DNA of 64,000 nucleotides from Chlorobiota bacterium (GCA_039810585.1 JBDHXF010000003.1:13127-77126); one strand, 5' to 3'. Counted from the stretch's first letter, positions 50,445 through 60,488 are shown. Program-made: numbers and translations. The notes: a model not told the origin generated them from the letters alone.

Positions 50445-51659
50445 CTACCGCACAACTACAAACTTTCCAATCGTACGCATTCCGTTGTACGCCACCACGT
50501 AGGTGTACACGCCACTAGGAATGGAACTCACATCCATAGGAAGTGAGTAGGATCCAACTCCCAGTTGTGGCTCGGTGGCGCTTAACACCTCGATGCCGTT
50601 CAAGTCGACAATGCTCATGCGAACAAAGCCGCTGGCGGGCAGGGTGAAGTTTATATTCAAGAGAGATGACGTCGGATTGGGTGCGATTGCCACTGTCGGT
50701 TCTGGTACTAATGCTGCGACATCACTCGTAGACATAGCGATATGCAACGCGCGCCATGGTGACCAGGTTCCTTCACCAATAGAATTCACAGCACTAACCC
50801 TCCAAAACACTAAGCTTCCGGCCGGAAGTTCTTGCATGATGCTGTTGGAACTGATGTTGGAGCGATCGACGATACACGAGTCGAAGGTAGAAGAAAAAGA
50901 TACCTGTAAGTGATACGACTCGGCTCCGAAAATTCCTTGCCATTGGAAGTTGACCACCGTGGAAGCCACAAAAGCCTCATGCTCCGGCAGAGCCAACATT
51001 GGTGCATACGGTGCTACTCCCGTCGTGAAGCTTGAGGTGCTGCTCCAGTCTGTTTGCATGCTTTCATTATGCGGACGGACATGCCAGTAATAGGTCATCG
51101 TTGGGCTGAGCAGCGTGGATACAATTTGCGTCTGCGGTATGTTTTCCGCATAGTAACTCACGCTGGAGAATTCGGTGGTCGGCGAAACTTCTACATCATA
51201 CGCTGCAACGTCACTCATACCTCGCCAACTAAGCGTTGGGCGCGTGGACTGATTAACAGCGCCGTTCAAAGGAGCCACTGGGCGGGGTGAGCTGAGTGGT
51301 CCCTCCAACGTTGTGAACATGACCGCCGCACTCCATGGAGTCTCGGTTGCTCCCATCAATACACGCACGCGTACAAAATAGGTGCTTAGGTAATCCAGAT
51401 CCGAAAGCATGATTTGTGCAATCGGAGCATCAGCTTTGTAGGTTGTGCTGATAATGTAGGTGTCGAACTGCTGGTTGTCGGAAACTTGAACGTTGTAGAT
51501 AACGCCTGACTGCGAGGTCCAACTGACGATAGGGTTGAGAGACTGATCAACACTTCCGTTTACTGGCTTTACGAGCGAAGGGGTGCGCCACTGTTGCGCG
51601 TGTGAAAGGGCAGTGCAGAGGAAGAAGAAAACAACGAAGCGGTAAAACTGACGAAACAT
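50445..51659 (-). CDS. Secreted protein with fibronectin-III-like repeats and type-A T9SS C-terminal domain
   Basis: Signal peptide. Repeated ~90-aa modules with conserved W/Y. CTD reads APNPTSSLLNINF...GVYTYVVAYNGMRTIGKFVVVR. Confidence 0.6.
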   Translation of the reverse strand: MFRQFYRFVVFFFLCTALSHAQQWRTPSLVKPVNGSVDQSLNPIVSWTSQSGVIYNVQVSDNQQFDTYIISTTYKADAPIAQIMLSDLDYLSTYFVRVRVLMGATETPWSAAVMFTTLEGPLSSPRPVAPLNGAVNQSTRPTLSWRGMSDVAAYDVEVSPTTEFSSVSYYAENIPQTQIVSTLLSPTMTYYWHVRPHNESMQTDWSSTSSFTTGVAPYAPMLALPEHEAFVASTVVNFQWQGIFGAESYHLQVSFSSTFDSCIVDRSNISSNSIMQELPAGSLVFWRVSAVNSIGEGTWSPWRALHIAMSTSDVAALVPEPTVAIAPNPTSSLLNINFTLPASGFVRMSIVDLNGIEVLSATEPQLGVGSYSLPMDVSSIPSGVYTYVVAYNGMRTIGKFVVVR

Positions 51660-51870
51660 GAAAACTCCCGAGTTGTGGTGATTGGGAGTCGTCCGTGACG
51701 GTGAAGCTAAGCTTCAGCGCAATCCTTGCGGCTTTTCACATGCATTTTTCGGCAGTTTTCCGGAGAAATGTAGTCATCGATGTAACTTTTTTCCGTATTT
51801 CTACGCATACAGAACTCACCCTGGGTGAAATCTGTTAAAATGGGCTAAATTTGAAGGAAAGTGCAGTTTT

Positions 51871-52659
51871 ATGGGAAAATCACAATCGGCATCCGGAGCT
51901 GTTTCAAAGCGCTCCAGGAAGCGGAAAACAAGACCCGTACCAGGGGAGGCAGAGGTCACTAAGACCACATCCGCCAGTTCAAAGGCTACTAAGCAACACG
52001 CGGCTAGACCGGTTCCAAATGAAACCCCGGAATCGCTACGGTTTCGGGTCACAGAAATTCTACAGCGCCTCGAGGAGGTGTACGATGGTGCATTTGAGGG
52101 TCTGAATTACAGCACACCACTTGAACTGCTGGTTGCAACCATGCTTTCGGCGCAAAGCACGGACAAATTGGTGAATACGGTTACTCCGGCTCTGTTCCGC
52201 AAGTACCACACGGTTCAAGACTATGCCACCGTTCCAATCGAAGAACTAGAGCAGGACATTCGATCAACCGGATACTACCGAGCCAAAGCGCGGAATCTGC
52301 AGGCTTGCTGTCGACAATTGGAACAACAATTCAACAGCACGGTGCCGGGTACCATGGAGGAGCTGATTTCCTTACCTGGGGTAGGACGAAAAACAGCAAA
52401 CTGTCTGCTCAGTCAGGTGTTTGGTCAACAAGGGCTCACCGTCGACACGCATGTGAACCGCATTTCAAACCTGCTAGGTTTTGTCCATGATACCGATGCC
52501 GTTCGTATCGAATTTGCTTTGATGGACATTGTACCAAAAAATCAATGGAATCGATTTAACGAACTCATCATTACACATGGCAGAAAGACCTGCATTGCCC
52601 GACGACCACAGTGCAGTCGTTGCGCCATTGCTGATCTCTGTCCGTCACGTCAGGCTTAA
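51871..52659 (+). CDS. nth: Endonuclease III with ~45-aa basic N-terminal extension
   Basis: HhH-GPD LPGVGRKTANCLL, catalytic Lys/Asp region, C-terminal 4Fe-4S CIARRPQCSRCAIADLC. The N-terminus reads MGKSQSASGAVSKRSRKRKTRPVPGE... Confidence 0.85.
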   Translation: MGKSQSASGAVSKRSRKRKTRPVPGEAEVTKTTSASSKATKQHAARPVPNETPESLRFRVTEILQRLEEVYDGAFEGLNYSTPLELLVATMLSAQSTDKLVNTVTPALFRKYHTVQDYATVPIEELEQDIRSTGYYRAKARNLQACCRQLEQQFNSTVPGTMEELISLPGVGRKTANCLLSQVFGQQGLTVDTHVNRISNLLGFVHDTDAVRIEFALMDIVPKNQWNRFNELIITHGRKTCIARRPQCSRCAIADLCPSRQA

Positions 52660-52669
52660 TTCTTCGTTC

Positions 52670-52688
52670 GTAGCCGCGACGCGGCTAC
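52670..52688. terminator. Perfect palindrome GTAGCCGCGACGCGGCTAC between convergent nth and MATE genes
   Basis: Seen directly, 11 nt after the nth stop. Confidence 0.4.
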
Positions 52689-52736
52689 GTATCAAACAAC
52701 TCTTGAGAGCTCCGTACATCGGAGCCACGTGCGGGA

Positions 52737-54182
52737 TTACACTTTAGCCTCTCGCCACATATTTGAGCGCACCGCAATAAGGGAGGCAAGAGCAAACAAG
52801 CCGTAACCGGCAGCGCTTCCTATCCAGATACCTACCTGGTTCCACCCTGTGTACTGAGAAAACACGTAGACCAGTGGCAGCTGTAAAAACAAAATTGAAC
52901 CCGCAACGATAGCAAGACTTGCGTATGCGGCGCCGGAGCCGGAAATAACACGAGCCGAAACGATGCCCACTGCGAAGCCCACATATCCGAACACCGAGAC
53001 GTGCAGGTACTTTTGAACCTCGGCAATTACACCGGCGTCCGTTGTATAGATCGCTGCAAAGGACGATCCGAAGAGGTAGAACAACACACCGAGAACAGCA
53101 ATCACCACTCCCAGTATTTCAATGGCGGCGCGGTGGTAGCCCAGAACACGATCGAACTTCCGAGCGCCGAGGTTCTGTCCGGTCGCGACTTCAATCGAGA
53201 TTCCAACCGAAAACACGAACATAAACACGATGGCATCGACGCTTATTCCCAGTGTGTAGGCGGCCATCACGATGGTACCAAAGCCGGTGACAAGTTTGTA
53301 AATCGTCAAACGGGTTAAACTCACGGCCATCATCTGTACGGAAGACGGAAAGCCCAAGCGCACAATGCGCCGGATCGTGTCGGCGTGAACACGGAAGCCC
53401 TCCAATCGTAAATGGATGCCCGCTTTTCCTCTCAGGAGCAGGATGATATTGAACACTGCACCCAAACACTGAGCGGTTGCCGTTGCCAATCCGGCGCCAT
53501 ACATGCCCATGTTGAACACGAAAATGAAGATCGGCGCGAGAACTGCGTTGGCGACAGTGGTTGAGAGGAGAATGACCATCGGATAAAACACGTTGCCTGT
53601 ACTACGAACGATGGCATTGACCTGGAAGGTGAGCAAGTTGGCGCTAAAACCCAAAAAGATTGCCGTCAGATACTGTTGCGCATAGGCTGAAACCTGAGGA
53701 GCAGCATTGAATCGTTCGAGGATGGACGAGAGAGATAACTGTAGACCAACGCTTAATACTATGGTTGCAACGAGCATAAACACAATAGCCTGCGTTGCTG
53801 TCGAGTCGGCAGCATGTTGATCACCCTCGCCAATGCGTCGGGCAACGATGACGCCGGTCCCCATACTGAATCCGCTTCCGAGTGTGAACACCAAGAAGTT
53901 GATTTGCTCCCCGAGTCCGATTGCCGCAATGGCGTCGGTTCCCATATGGGAAATGAACCATCGGTCGATCAGCATGTACAACATGTTGACCAGAAAGCTA
54001 ATCGTAAGTGGAAGTGCAAAAGCGATGAGCGACGACCGATAGGGAGATTGTAACAAATCCACATGTCCACGACGGCGTGCAGGCGCTGTGGGAGCCGTGG
54101 GGGAAGAATCAGATTGAGCCGAGGGCTCAGATTGCCGCTTACCGACCAAATCGTCGATGTCGCTCATGGGATATTGTTTCAA
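52737..54182 (-). CDS. MATE family efflux transporter
   Basis: 481 aa, 12 TM, with typical MatE repeats. Confidence 0.8.
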   Translation of the reverse strand: MKQYPMSDIDDLVGKRQSEPSAQSDSSPTAPTAPARRRGHVDLLQSPYRSSLIAFALPLTISFLVNMLYMLIDRWFISHMGTDAIAAIGLGEQINFLVFTLGSGFSMGTGVIVARRIGEGDQHAADSTATQAIVFMLVATIVLSVGLQLSLSSILERFNAAPQVSAYAQQYLTAIFLGFSANLLTFQVNAIVRSTGNVFYPMVILLSTTVANAVLAPIFIFVFNMGMYGAGLATATAQCLGAVFNIILLLRGKAGIHLRLEGFRVHADTIRRIVRLGFPSSVQMMAVSLTRLTIYKLVTGFGTIVMAAYTLGISVDAIVFMFVFSVGISIEVATGQNLGARKFDRVLGYHRAAIEILGVVIAVLGVLFYLFGSSFAAIYTTDAGVIAEVQKYLHVSVFGYVGFAVGIVSARVISGSGAAYASLAIVAGSILFLQLPLVYVFSQYTGWNQVGIWIGSAAGYGLFALASLIAVRSNMWREAKV

Positions 54183-54274
54183 AAAAGGGGTCGCGAATAT
54201 ACTCCTTTCCGACGCCTTGAAAAAATTGACGATTGCTCAATCCCATTGTAGTTTGCGACGCAATCGATGCAACC

Positions 54275-55381
54275 ATGCCCGAATTCTTTTATTTCTTTTC
54301 GATTCTCAGCTACACTCTCCGGTCCGTGTATTTTGTGATTGGAGCAGCGGCTGAACGTCGCATACACAACCAAGCCCCGGCTCAACTTCCTTTCGTTTCC
54401 GTTATCGTACCGGCACGCAACGAGGAACACTGCATCGTACACTGCATCGAGAGCCTTGCAGCATTGAATTATCCTTCGGAGTTATTGGAGTGCATTGTTG
54501 TGAACGATCGCTCCTCCGATATGACCGGTACCATTGCTGCCATGCAGCAGCATCGATTTCCGGCCTTGAAGGTTTTGCATATCGAACGAGATGGCGAGAA
54601 AAACCTGCAGGGGAAAGCCGGAGCTTTGGAGTACGGCATTCGGGCAAGTAAAGGTGAGATTATTGTGATGACTGATGCCGATTGCATCGTCGATCCCGAG
54701 TGGGTACGGTCGCACGTCGAGGCGTACGGTATGGCGGACGTTGGTATGGTCTGCGCTTACACTCTTATCGATGGTCAAAGTACCTTTGCTAAAATGCAAG
54801 CCGTGGAGTGGACCAGTACGCATACGATGGCTAGCTCGGCACTCCATTTCAAACAGTACCTGGGATGTTATGGAAACAATCTCTCCATTCACCGTCGAGC
54901 CTATGATGCGGTGGGCGGTTATGCCAGCATTCCGTTTTCGGTGACCGAAGATTTAGCCTTGCTGCATGCTGTAACCAAACAGGGTTTTCGGGCTCGATAT
55001 CTGTGCTCACGAGAATCCAGCGTGCATTCGAGAGCACTGGAGACACTGTCTGAGTATGTGTCTCAACATAAACGATGGGCCATTGGCGGACGTCAGCTTG
55101 GCCTTCGAGCGGTTGTCTTCGTCATTACGTCCGCCTTGTTTTGGATGGGGATCGCGGCCGCAGTCTGGAACGGCTCGTGGTTGTGGTTGGTGCTGATCTT
55201 GCTCACCAGAGTAGTAGACGACATCGCCATTAATGCTCCCGCTCTTCATATATTTCGACGTCGCTCCTTACTACCCTTCATGGTTCCTGCCGTATTGTTT
55301 TTTAGCTTGCTGGAACTCGTCCTTCCGTTTCTTCTGATCGACGGAACAACGAAGTGGAAAGGACAAGTCTTTAAATCCTAA
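54275..55381 (+). CDS. Processive family-2 glycosyltransferase (membrane-integrated; NodC/HAS/ceramide-glucosyltransferase-like)
   Basis: PFVSVIVPARNEE (first D region), TDADCIV (DxD), QHKRWAIGGRQ (Q/RxxRW), and C-terminal TM helices. ATG 54275 is preferred; the track start at 54233 is a TTG. A TAGTTTG motif at 54249-54255 resembles the Bacteroidetes -7 promoter element. Confidence 0.7.
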   Translation: MPEFFYFFSILSYTLRSVYFVIGAAAERRIHNQAPAQLPFVSVIVPARNEEHCIVHCIESLAALNYPSELLECIVVNDRSSDMTGTIAAMQQHRFPALKVLHIERDGEKNLQGKAGALEYGIRASKGEIIVMTDADCIVDPEWVRSHVEAYGMADVGMVCAYTLIDGQSTFAKMQAVEWTSTHTMASSALHFKQYLGCYGNNLSIHRRAYDAVGGYASIPFSVTEDLALLHAVTKQGFRARYLCSRESSVHSRALETLSEYVSQHKRWAIGGRQLGLRAVVFVITSALFWMGIAAAVWNGSWLWLVLILLTRVVDDIAINAPALHIFRRRSLLPFMVPAVLFFSLLELVLPFLLIDGTTKWKGQVFKS

Positions 55382-55413
55382 GTAGGAATATCCGTCGTCG
55401 GAAAAGGGGAAGC

Positions 55414-56679
55414 ATGAGCACATCGACTAACCGGAACACTCCGGAATCAAACTCCACCCGCATTAGCGCCTATCACCTGGTTGTATTCTTCGTCTGCTGG
55501 CTCGGTGGAATGTTCGATGGTATGGACTCTACCTTTATGTCGGCCGTGCAACCCAAAGCTGTGGAGGAGTTGCTGCGGGGAACAGTGGATCTCGATCCCT
55601 ACACGATCGCCTCGTATATCAATGCCGCATTCCTCTTTGGATGGATGGGGGGCGGTATTGTGTTTGGCTTGATAGGCGACAAGTTAGGACGTGTGCGGTC
55701 GATGCTTTTATCAATACTCCTCTATGCCATCTTCACCGGCACCGCAGGATTTGCCCAAACCTGGTGGCAGCTTGCCTTGTTTCGCTCATTGACCGGTCTC
55801 GGTATTGGGGGAGAACTCGTGAGTATCACCACCTTTCTTTCGGAAGTTTGGGTGGAACGCTCCAGACCATTCGCAGTGGGAGCTCTCATCACTTCTTACC
55901 AAGCGGGTGTGTTGATCGCCGGAATTGTGACGCGTCAGGTTGAGTACTGGCGACACGTGTTCTTCATCGGTGCTATTCCTGCTATTCTTACCATCTTTCT
56001 TCGACTATCGTTAAAGGAATCTGAGAAGTGGCAATCGTCTGTACAGCATCACCATGAAGATCTTTCGCTTCTCGGGGAGGTACTTTCGCCCCGTTACCGC
56101 CGAAGTGCTTGGATTGGTGCCATTGCTTTTGGCGGATTGCTTATTGGCTACTGGGCCTCTTTGGCTTGGATTCCACAGTGGATTCAAAGCTTCTTCGCTG
56201 CCGGCTATACCGGAAATGTGGAGCGGGGGAATGTACTATTCTTTGAAGGTTTAGCAGCAGTACTTGGATGTGCGTCGGCTGGCTGGATGAGCAATCACCT
56301 GGGAAGGCGATATACCATCATGATAAGCTACCTTGGTAGTTTTCTCGCCTCGGCTTTACTCTTCTTGTCCAACAAGCAGTTCAGCTCACTCATTTATTGG
56401 CAGGTTTCGTTGTTGGGCTATTTCATTGGTCTTGCTCAGGCCATTATGTACATCTATCTACCGGAGTTGTTCCCAACACGCATTCGAGCTACTGCGGTGG
56501 GCTTTGGATTAAATGCCGGTCGCTTTGCCACCGGAGTGACCGTGCTCTTTGTAGGCGTCATTGTGCAGACCTTGGGTGGACATGCCCAGTCTGCGATGTT
56601 TTTTGCCACCGGTTACCTCATTGCTGTGGTCGCCGCTTTCTTTGGTCCGGAGACGAAGGGTAAGGGCTTACCCGAGTAA
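55414..56679 (+). CDS. MFS transporter
   Basis: 421 aa, 12 TM. MFS motif A GLIGDKLGRVRSM. Confidence 0.8.
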   Translation: MSTSTNRNTPESNSTRISAYHLVVFFVCWLGGMFDGMDSTFMSAVQPKAVEELLRGTVDLDPYTIASYINAAFLFGWMGGGIVFGLIGDKLGRVRSMLLSILLYAIFTGTAGFAQTWWQLALFRSLTGLGIGGELVSITTFLSEVWVERSRPFAVGALITSYQAGVLIAGIVTRQVEYWRHVFFIGAIPAILTIFLRLSLKESEKWQSSVQHHHEDLSLLGEVLSPRYRRSAWIGAIAFGGLLIGYWASLAWIPQWIQSFFAAGYTGNVERGNVLFFEGLAAVLGCASAGWMSNHLGRRYTIMISYLGSFLASALLFLSNKQFSSLIYWQVSLLGYFIGLAQAIMYIYLPELFPTRIRATAVGFGLNAGRFATGVTVLFVGVIVQTLGGHAQSAMFFATGYLIAVVAAFFGPETKGKGLPE

Positions 56680-56746
56680 AAAAGGTCTCCGATGACTCGA
56701 AGACCCGAACGTGTGAGGACAGGAATGAAGGTCTAGATCCTGTCTT

Positions 56747-57214
56747 TCAATTCTTTGTGCTGTCGGTGCTTTGCTTTGTGTTCTCTTCTATAAACTTCAT
56801 GAAGTCTACGTAAAAATCGCGCACCGGCTTTGGCGCAAGCGAATCACCTGGAGCCCATCGCACGCGGTGAAGGAGGGTATCCGAGCGTAACTCAACAAAA
56901 CTGTTCAAGTTGCCGGCACCATTGTAACTCAGGCTCATGAACTTGATGTCGTCCATGCGTTGAAAGAGAGCAGCCGCGTCCGATTTGTCCACCTGCGCAG
57001 CAAGTGATTCGCTTCGCTGATCCAGGCGCCCATGGAAGCGGTGAATCTTCCCCTCGGTATCCAATCGATAGCCTTCCGTTAATCCACTAAAGCCACCGGC
57101 AGTTCCGGCAACAATCGACTGCCCGCGGAAGCGCTTGAGAATCGCGTCTGTGGACGAGCACGAGAGTGTCAGAAGCGACAGCATGATAAAGCAAAGGACA
57201 GGTTTCATAAGCAT
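56747..57214 (-). CDS. Small lipoprotein of unknown function, immediately downstream of the M4 protease gene
   Basis: Signal + lipobox MLMKPVLCFIMLSLLTLSCSS. ~150 aa, no recognisable domain. It starts ~30 nt after the protease stop on the same strand. Confidence 0.4.
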   Translation of the reverse strand: MLMKPVLCFIMLSLLTLSCSSTDAILKRFRGQSIVAGTAGGFSGLTEGYRLDTEGKIHRFHGRLDQRSESLAAQVDKSDAAALFQRMDDIKFMSLSYNGAGNLNSFVELRSDTLLHRVRWAPGDSLAPKPVRDFYVDFMKFIEENTKQSTDSTKN

Positions 57215-57245
57215 GAGATTTTTCTTACACGCGCGCCGTTGGCGC

Positions 57246-60200
57246 TTATCGAGAGACAACAAATCGGGCGTGGACAGTGCGACCTGCGTTTTCGATGGCT
57301 ACAGTATAGACACCATTTTCCAAGCCGGATGTGCTGAGCACCACGATCCCATCTGAAGTATCGACCGCTTGGCGTTGACGCTCAAGCCCAACCACATCAA
57401 AAACACGAACTGTTGCGCCGGCTCCAAGTTCTTCCTGTAGATAAATATCGAGATGGTCAGTAGCCGGATTGGGTGAAATACGTGGCTCGGTATCGAGAAG
57501 ATCGGTTACCGCCGCTGGTCGGGTTCCAATGGTAAAGAAAACCGGAAATTCAGCGTCCGATGCTAAGAATACACCGCTTCCACTGGCGCTAATGTGATCG
57601 GCGGAAACCGGCAGAATGTTGACAATGGATCGCCCCTGATTGTCGAGCGATTGGTATGCGACTTTGTCATCCAAACGACCGTAGGACGGGTAACCAAGCG
57701 ATGGGTTGTTGTCCACCAAAGTCGCATCAGCCCCTGTTTCGGTGTTGATTGCCATCACTCGGTACACGCCGGCATTGTCGTCTATTTCGTCGTACGCAAT
57801 AATATTCGGTGAATTCTTCGAGTACGTTGGATTGCCAACACTGATGCCGGACGGTAACGAAGGGAGAATGCTAAAGATCGCTCCGTCGCCAAAATTTGAT
57901 GACGAAGGTTCAAATGCTCTAAGGGTTGAGATGTTCCAATATTCTACGGTATCACCTTGGCCGTTGTCGATGCGATTCAGCGCATCAAACAACACGAAGC
58001 GACCACTGTAATCCCACTCCATCGCGTCGGCATACGGTATGTTGTAATTGCGAATGCCTTGAGCAGTAGTTGGTGCATACAACACGTAGCGTTGTTGAGT
58101 TATGGGAGTCGAGGCAAAATCAAAGACATAAATGGATGAGTCGATCTCCGTAGAAATGGCGGCCATGCGCATTCCATCTCGCGAGATAGCCACATTATCC
58201 CATACCGGAGATGAGTTGAGAATTGTTTCTGAAGGATTGTTGTAATCCATATTGATGGCGTGAAGCGTGTTGTCCCTCGCCACAAAAACCGCAAACGTTC
58301 CATTGTCCACTACACTAGGACGATGACTCAACGGCGTGAATGAGATCGGATGAAAATCGGACGACTGTGGATTGGTGGGTTTAACGATATACAAACTATT
58401 GGGGTCGACGTTAAAGTTCGTGTTGTGTAACAATATCCACTCCGTACCAACAACCGCTTGTTGATCGTGATTCGTGTTGGTAGGATTGCCGTCAAAGATC
58501 TGCACGGCGTCAAATGCCGATGCGCAAGCAGTCATTTCTGTCGATCCGTACAGCGCTTGCGCTGCCTGAATAATAGCTCTTCGTAGGTCGATAAACTGCG
58601 AGTTTTTCGTCAAGTATTTTGTTTCCGCTGCATAGTAAATCTTCTCAGCTTTATCCATCCCGATGGCTGCCTGTATGAGATATGCCGCGTGATTGGGAAT
58701 ACCACTGTTGACGTGCACGCCACCATTATCACCATCTTGGGTTTCCGGTAAGCTTACATACTCGCTCATCGTGGCGGGCTGCCAACCATTGTCGTTAATA
58801 CTTGAACCTCCGTTGTGTGGGTTTGCCATATCGCGCAGACATCCGGTAGGGAAGAAGGCGGTGCGTACCACATCTTCGCCGATCTTCCAATTCTTGCGCT
58901 CTACAAAACAGCCAAACACGTCACTCATCGATTCATTAATGGCACCACTCTGACTCAAATATTCAAGGGCACAGGTGTGTTCTGTCACTCCGTGTGTCAT
59001 TTCGTGCGCCGCTACGTCGATGGCGGAAGCTAGGGGATTGAACAGCGACTTTCCGTCGCCGTAAGCCATGAGCTTTCCGTTCCAGTACGCATTGTCCATT
59101 CCACTACCACCTTGAGTGACATGGATGACTGATATAATCGTCCCTCCCTGACCGTCGATGGAATTTCGATTATGCGTGTTTCGATAGTACTCGTAGGTCG
59201 TTGCGCTATTAGTATGCGCCGAGACCGAACTCTTATCTGACCATGTGTTGTTGGATGAGCTGACATTGTAAAAATCGCTCAAGTCGGTATTGCGAGCATC
59301 GATTGTCCAAATTGTTCCAACCGTTGCGTTGGGAAATTGCGATGCACCGGCATTAAACATTGTGCGAGTGGCGTCAATCAAGTAATAGCTGCCCTTTGAG
59401 AGATAGGAATGAATGCTCACCGTGTTTCCCTTCAGATCGGTGGCATTAGCCGTTGCCGGACCATCTGAGCAGGTATTGTCATACTTAAACACAATGGCAC
59501 CGGTAGAGCAATCGACAAAATACTCCCAGCGATGGATGGCATTTGGGCGAATGGTGTAATGCCAACAGAGTGTGGCAGGTGCCGTGAGCGACGAACGAGA
59601 TGGCAGCACAACTTTCTCTACCAATGGTTGTCGGTAGTCGAGCAACGACTGCATAGTTGTACTCAAACTCTCGACCGGTTGCGCTGCCTGCAGGTCTTGC
59701 AAGCAGAGTCCTTTTGCGGCATCTTGGTCCACCACCGGGGTGGAGCTAAAGCTCTGTGCTTGATGAGTCGAACTGTTCCACAAACGACCATTGTACGAAC
59801 ACACTTTGCCGTCGGCGTTAAAGTGCAGAATAGCCTCTGTACCCCACACCGTTATTCCGTCGCAGCGCTGTTGCAGTCTCACGTGAGTCATCCCCTGTGC
59901 GTCGCGTATAACGCTACTCACAACGAGTTCCGATGCCGCGTTTTGAAGTCCCAGGAGAGGTCCTGCGGTGCCTAGAAATTGTGAGCATGCTGAGGCGACG
60001 TCCTCCGGGCTGGCAATCTGAAATCCGGGCGAAAGCGAAGCGCCTTGGATAAACGTGGCGCTCTGAGTACTTGCATCGTAGTGAACAACAAGCTTGGTCG
60101 ACTGTTCAGCCAAAGCCTGGAAGGCGGTCTGTTGCGACTGACTGAGTGACGACAGATAGCAACCACGAAGTGTGGGAGCTTCGTCAAAAGGAAGCGGAGT

Positions 60201-60341
60201 CGGTAAATGTCCGTGAAGTGATGTCTGCTCCGTCACTGCTTTGTGAACATGCCGAGCACTGAAGGCATTTGAACCCGCCCATACACTCGACGTAAGGATA
60301 ATGAGACTAAGAGAAAAAGGGAGAATTTTCATGGCAGACAC
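57246..60341 (-). CDS. Secreted thermolysin-like (M4) zinc metalloprotease with C-terminal propeller-like region and type-A T9SS sorting domain
   Basis: Signal peptide. HExxH VAAHEMTHGVTE and the third ligand block GAINESMSDVFG (thermolysin GGxNEAxSDxFG). CTD reads RISPNPATDHLDIYL...GVYTVAIENAGRTVHARFVVSR. Confidence 0.8.
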   Translation of the reverse strand: MSAMKILPFSLSLIILTSSVWAGSNAFSARHVHKAVTEQTSLHGHLPTPLPFDEAPTLRGCYLSSLSQSQQTAFQALAEQSTKLVVHYDASTQSATFIQGASLSPGFQIASPEDVASACSQFLGTAGPLLGLQNAASELVVSSVIRDAQGMTHVRLQQRCDGITVWGTEAILHFNADGKVCSYNGRLWNSSTHQAQSFSSTPVVDQDAAKGLCLQDLQAAQPVESLSTTMQSLLDYRQPLVEKVVLPSRSSLTAPATLCWHYTIRPNAIHRWEYFVDCSTGAIVFKYDNTCSDGPATANATDLKGNTVSIHSYLSKGSYYLIDATRTMFNAGASQFPNATVGTIWTIDARNTDLSDFYNVSSSNNTWSDKSSVSAHTNSATTYEYYRNTHNRNSIDGQGGTIISVIHVTQGGSGMDNAYWNGKLMAYGDGKSLFNPLASAIDVAAHEMTHGVTEHTCALEYLSQSGAINESMSDVFGCFVERKNWKIGEDVVRTAFFPTGCLRDMANPHNGGSSINDNGWQPATMSEYVSLPETQDGDNGGVHVNSGIPNHAAYLIQAAIGMDKAEKIYYAAETKYLTKNSQFIDLRRAIIQAAQALYGSTEMTACASAFDAVQIFDGNPTNTNHDQQAVVGTEWILLHNTNFNVDPNSLYIVKPTNPQSSDFHPISFTPLSHRPSVVDNGTFAVFVARDNTLHAINMDYNNPSETILNSSPVWDNVAISRDGMRMAAISTEIDSSIYVFDFASTPITQQRYVLYAPTTAQGIRNYNIPYADAMEWDYSGRFVLFDALNRIDNGQGDTVEYWNISTLRAFEPSSSNFGDGAIFSILPSLPSGISVGNPTYSKNSPNIIAYDEIDDNAGVYRVMAINTETGADATLVDNNPSLGYPSYGRLDDKVAYQSLDNQGRSIVNILPVSADHISASGSGVFLASDAEFPVFFTIGTRPAAVTDLLDTEPRISPNPATDHLDIYLQEELGAGATVRVFDVVGLERQRQAVDTSDGIVVLSTSGLENGVYTVAIENAGRTVHARFVVSR

Positions 60342-60423
60342 CTACAGTCGATAAACAGATCGTGGAATGAGAATCAAACTACCAACCGGAGACGAGACTC
60401 GCGTACAGCCGGCCGAAAATTAA

Positions 60424-60453
60424 CACAGCTCTGAACTCGCGTCCAGAGCTGTG
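60424..60453 (-). terminator. Intrinsic terminator for lpdA (minus strand)
   Basis: Perfect 10-bp stem CACAGCTCTG / CAGAGCTGTG. The minus-strand tail is TTAATTTTCGG. Confidence 0.5.
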
Positions 60454-60488
60454 TGTACTGAAATATTTCTGACTGACGTGATACGCGA

